From Octopus sinensis (Eukaryota): a stretch of 64,000 nt of DNA. The DNA is taken from NCBI RefSeq assembly GCF_006345805.1, contig NC_042998.1, positions 127,906,001-127,970,000 on the forward strand, read 5' to 3'. The translations under genes were made by a program, and so were the position numbers. Within the stretch, counting starts at the first letter, position 1; each line of letters opens with the position of its first letter. Positions 63,661-64,000 of this stretch are shown here, in pieces. The notes below the pieces were generated by a model. That model had not been told where the DNA came from. It saw only the letters and a list, made by a program, of their open reading frames with translations, and did no database searches.

Positions 63661-63970
63661 AGTAGTTGAATGAATTATCTTGTTATGGATAATTCGGTTA
63701 ACCGATACCTGTGTAGCAAATTCACATCAGAGAAGACACGTTTGAAGTTACGTGCTTTCGTGTGGAAATTTGTATGTTTTTTTTTTAAATATAAATAAAT
63801 GAAAGAATGGAGTTGAACGACGAATTAACAAAATTCCTTTATTTTCGACATATGTTTCGAAGGCTGCATATTCCTAATTGCGAAGGAACAAGGAGTATAT
63901 TATGCCGCTTTCTCATCAGGAAAAGCAAGGAATTTTGTTAATTCGTCGTTCAACTCCATTCTTTCATATA
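63660..63970 (-). mobile_element. Hammerhead mini-element with 40-bp terminal inversion
   Basis: A perfect inverted repeat at 63800-63839 / 63927-63966 encloses an HHR. There is a one-sided extension at 63660-63800 and (TA)n on both sides. Confidence 0.72.
63842..63924 (-). ncRNA. Type I hammerhead ribozyme, intact core
   Basis: TTTTC-CTGATGA-GAAAGCGGCATA...TATGCAGCCTTC-GAAA-CATATG-TC-GAAAA, with canonical G-C closing of stem II, palindromic stem III and a GTC triplet. Confidence 0.82.
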
Positions 63971-64000
63971 TTTATATATATATATATATATATATATACA

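Overview
AT-rich, microsatellite-dense eukaryotic DNA made almost entirely of transposable elements and their remnants. The SINE, LINE and microsatellite content suggests an octopus or other coleoid cephalopod (inference). No host protein-coding gene, rRNA, tRNA gene or CRISPR array is supported, and most short ORFs in the track are microsatellite artefacts. Recognisable elements: four Tc1/mariner copies or remnants, a hAT (Buster/Charlie-like) transposase fossil, three Helitron/Helentron-like non-autonomous copies, CR1-like and RTE LINE fragments, several tRNA-derived SINE families, a head-to-tail array of Tx1/L1-like elements (36.0-41.7 kb), and many Penelope-like elements (PLEs), including a Neptune-type fragment and a Naiad-like RT-thumb/GIY-YIG element. 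The strongest hidden signal is about 15 minimal type-I hammerhead ribozyme (HHR) motifs from about 8 sequence families. Most have a self-complementary stem III, most sit in head-to-head fold-back insertions with both 3' ends facing outward, and most of these elements abut (TA)n tracts. A second notable signal is the Tx1-like array: an apparently ORF1-only family plus an ORF1/APE chimera, each unit followed by the same 14-nt motif. All calls were made by eye; no searches or folding programs were run.
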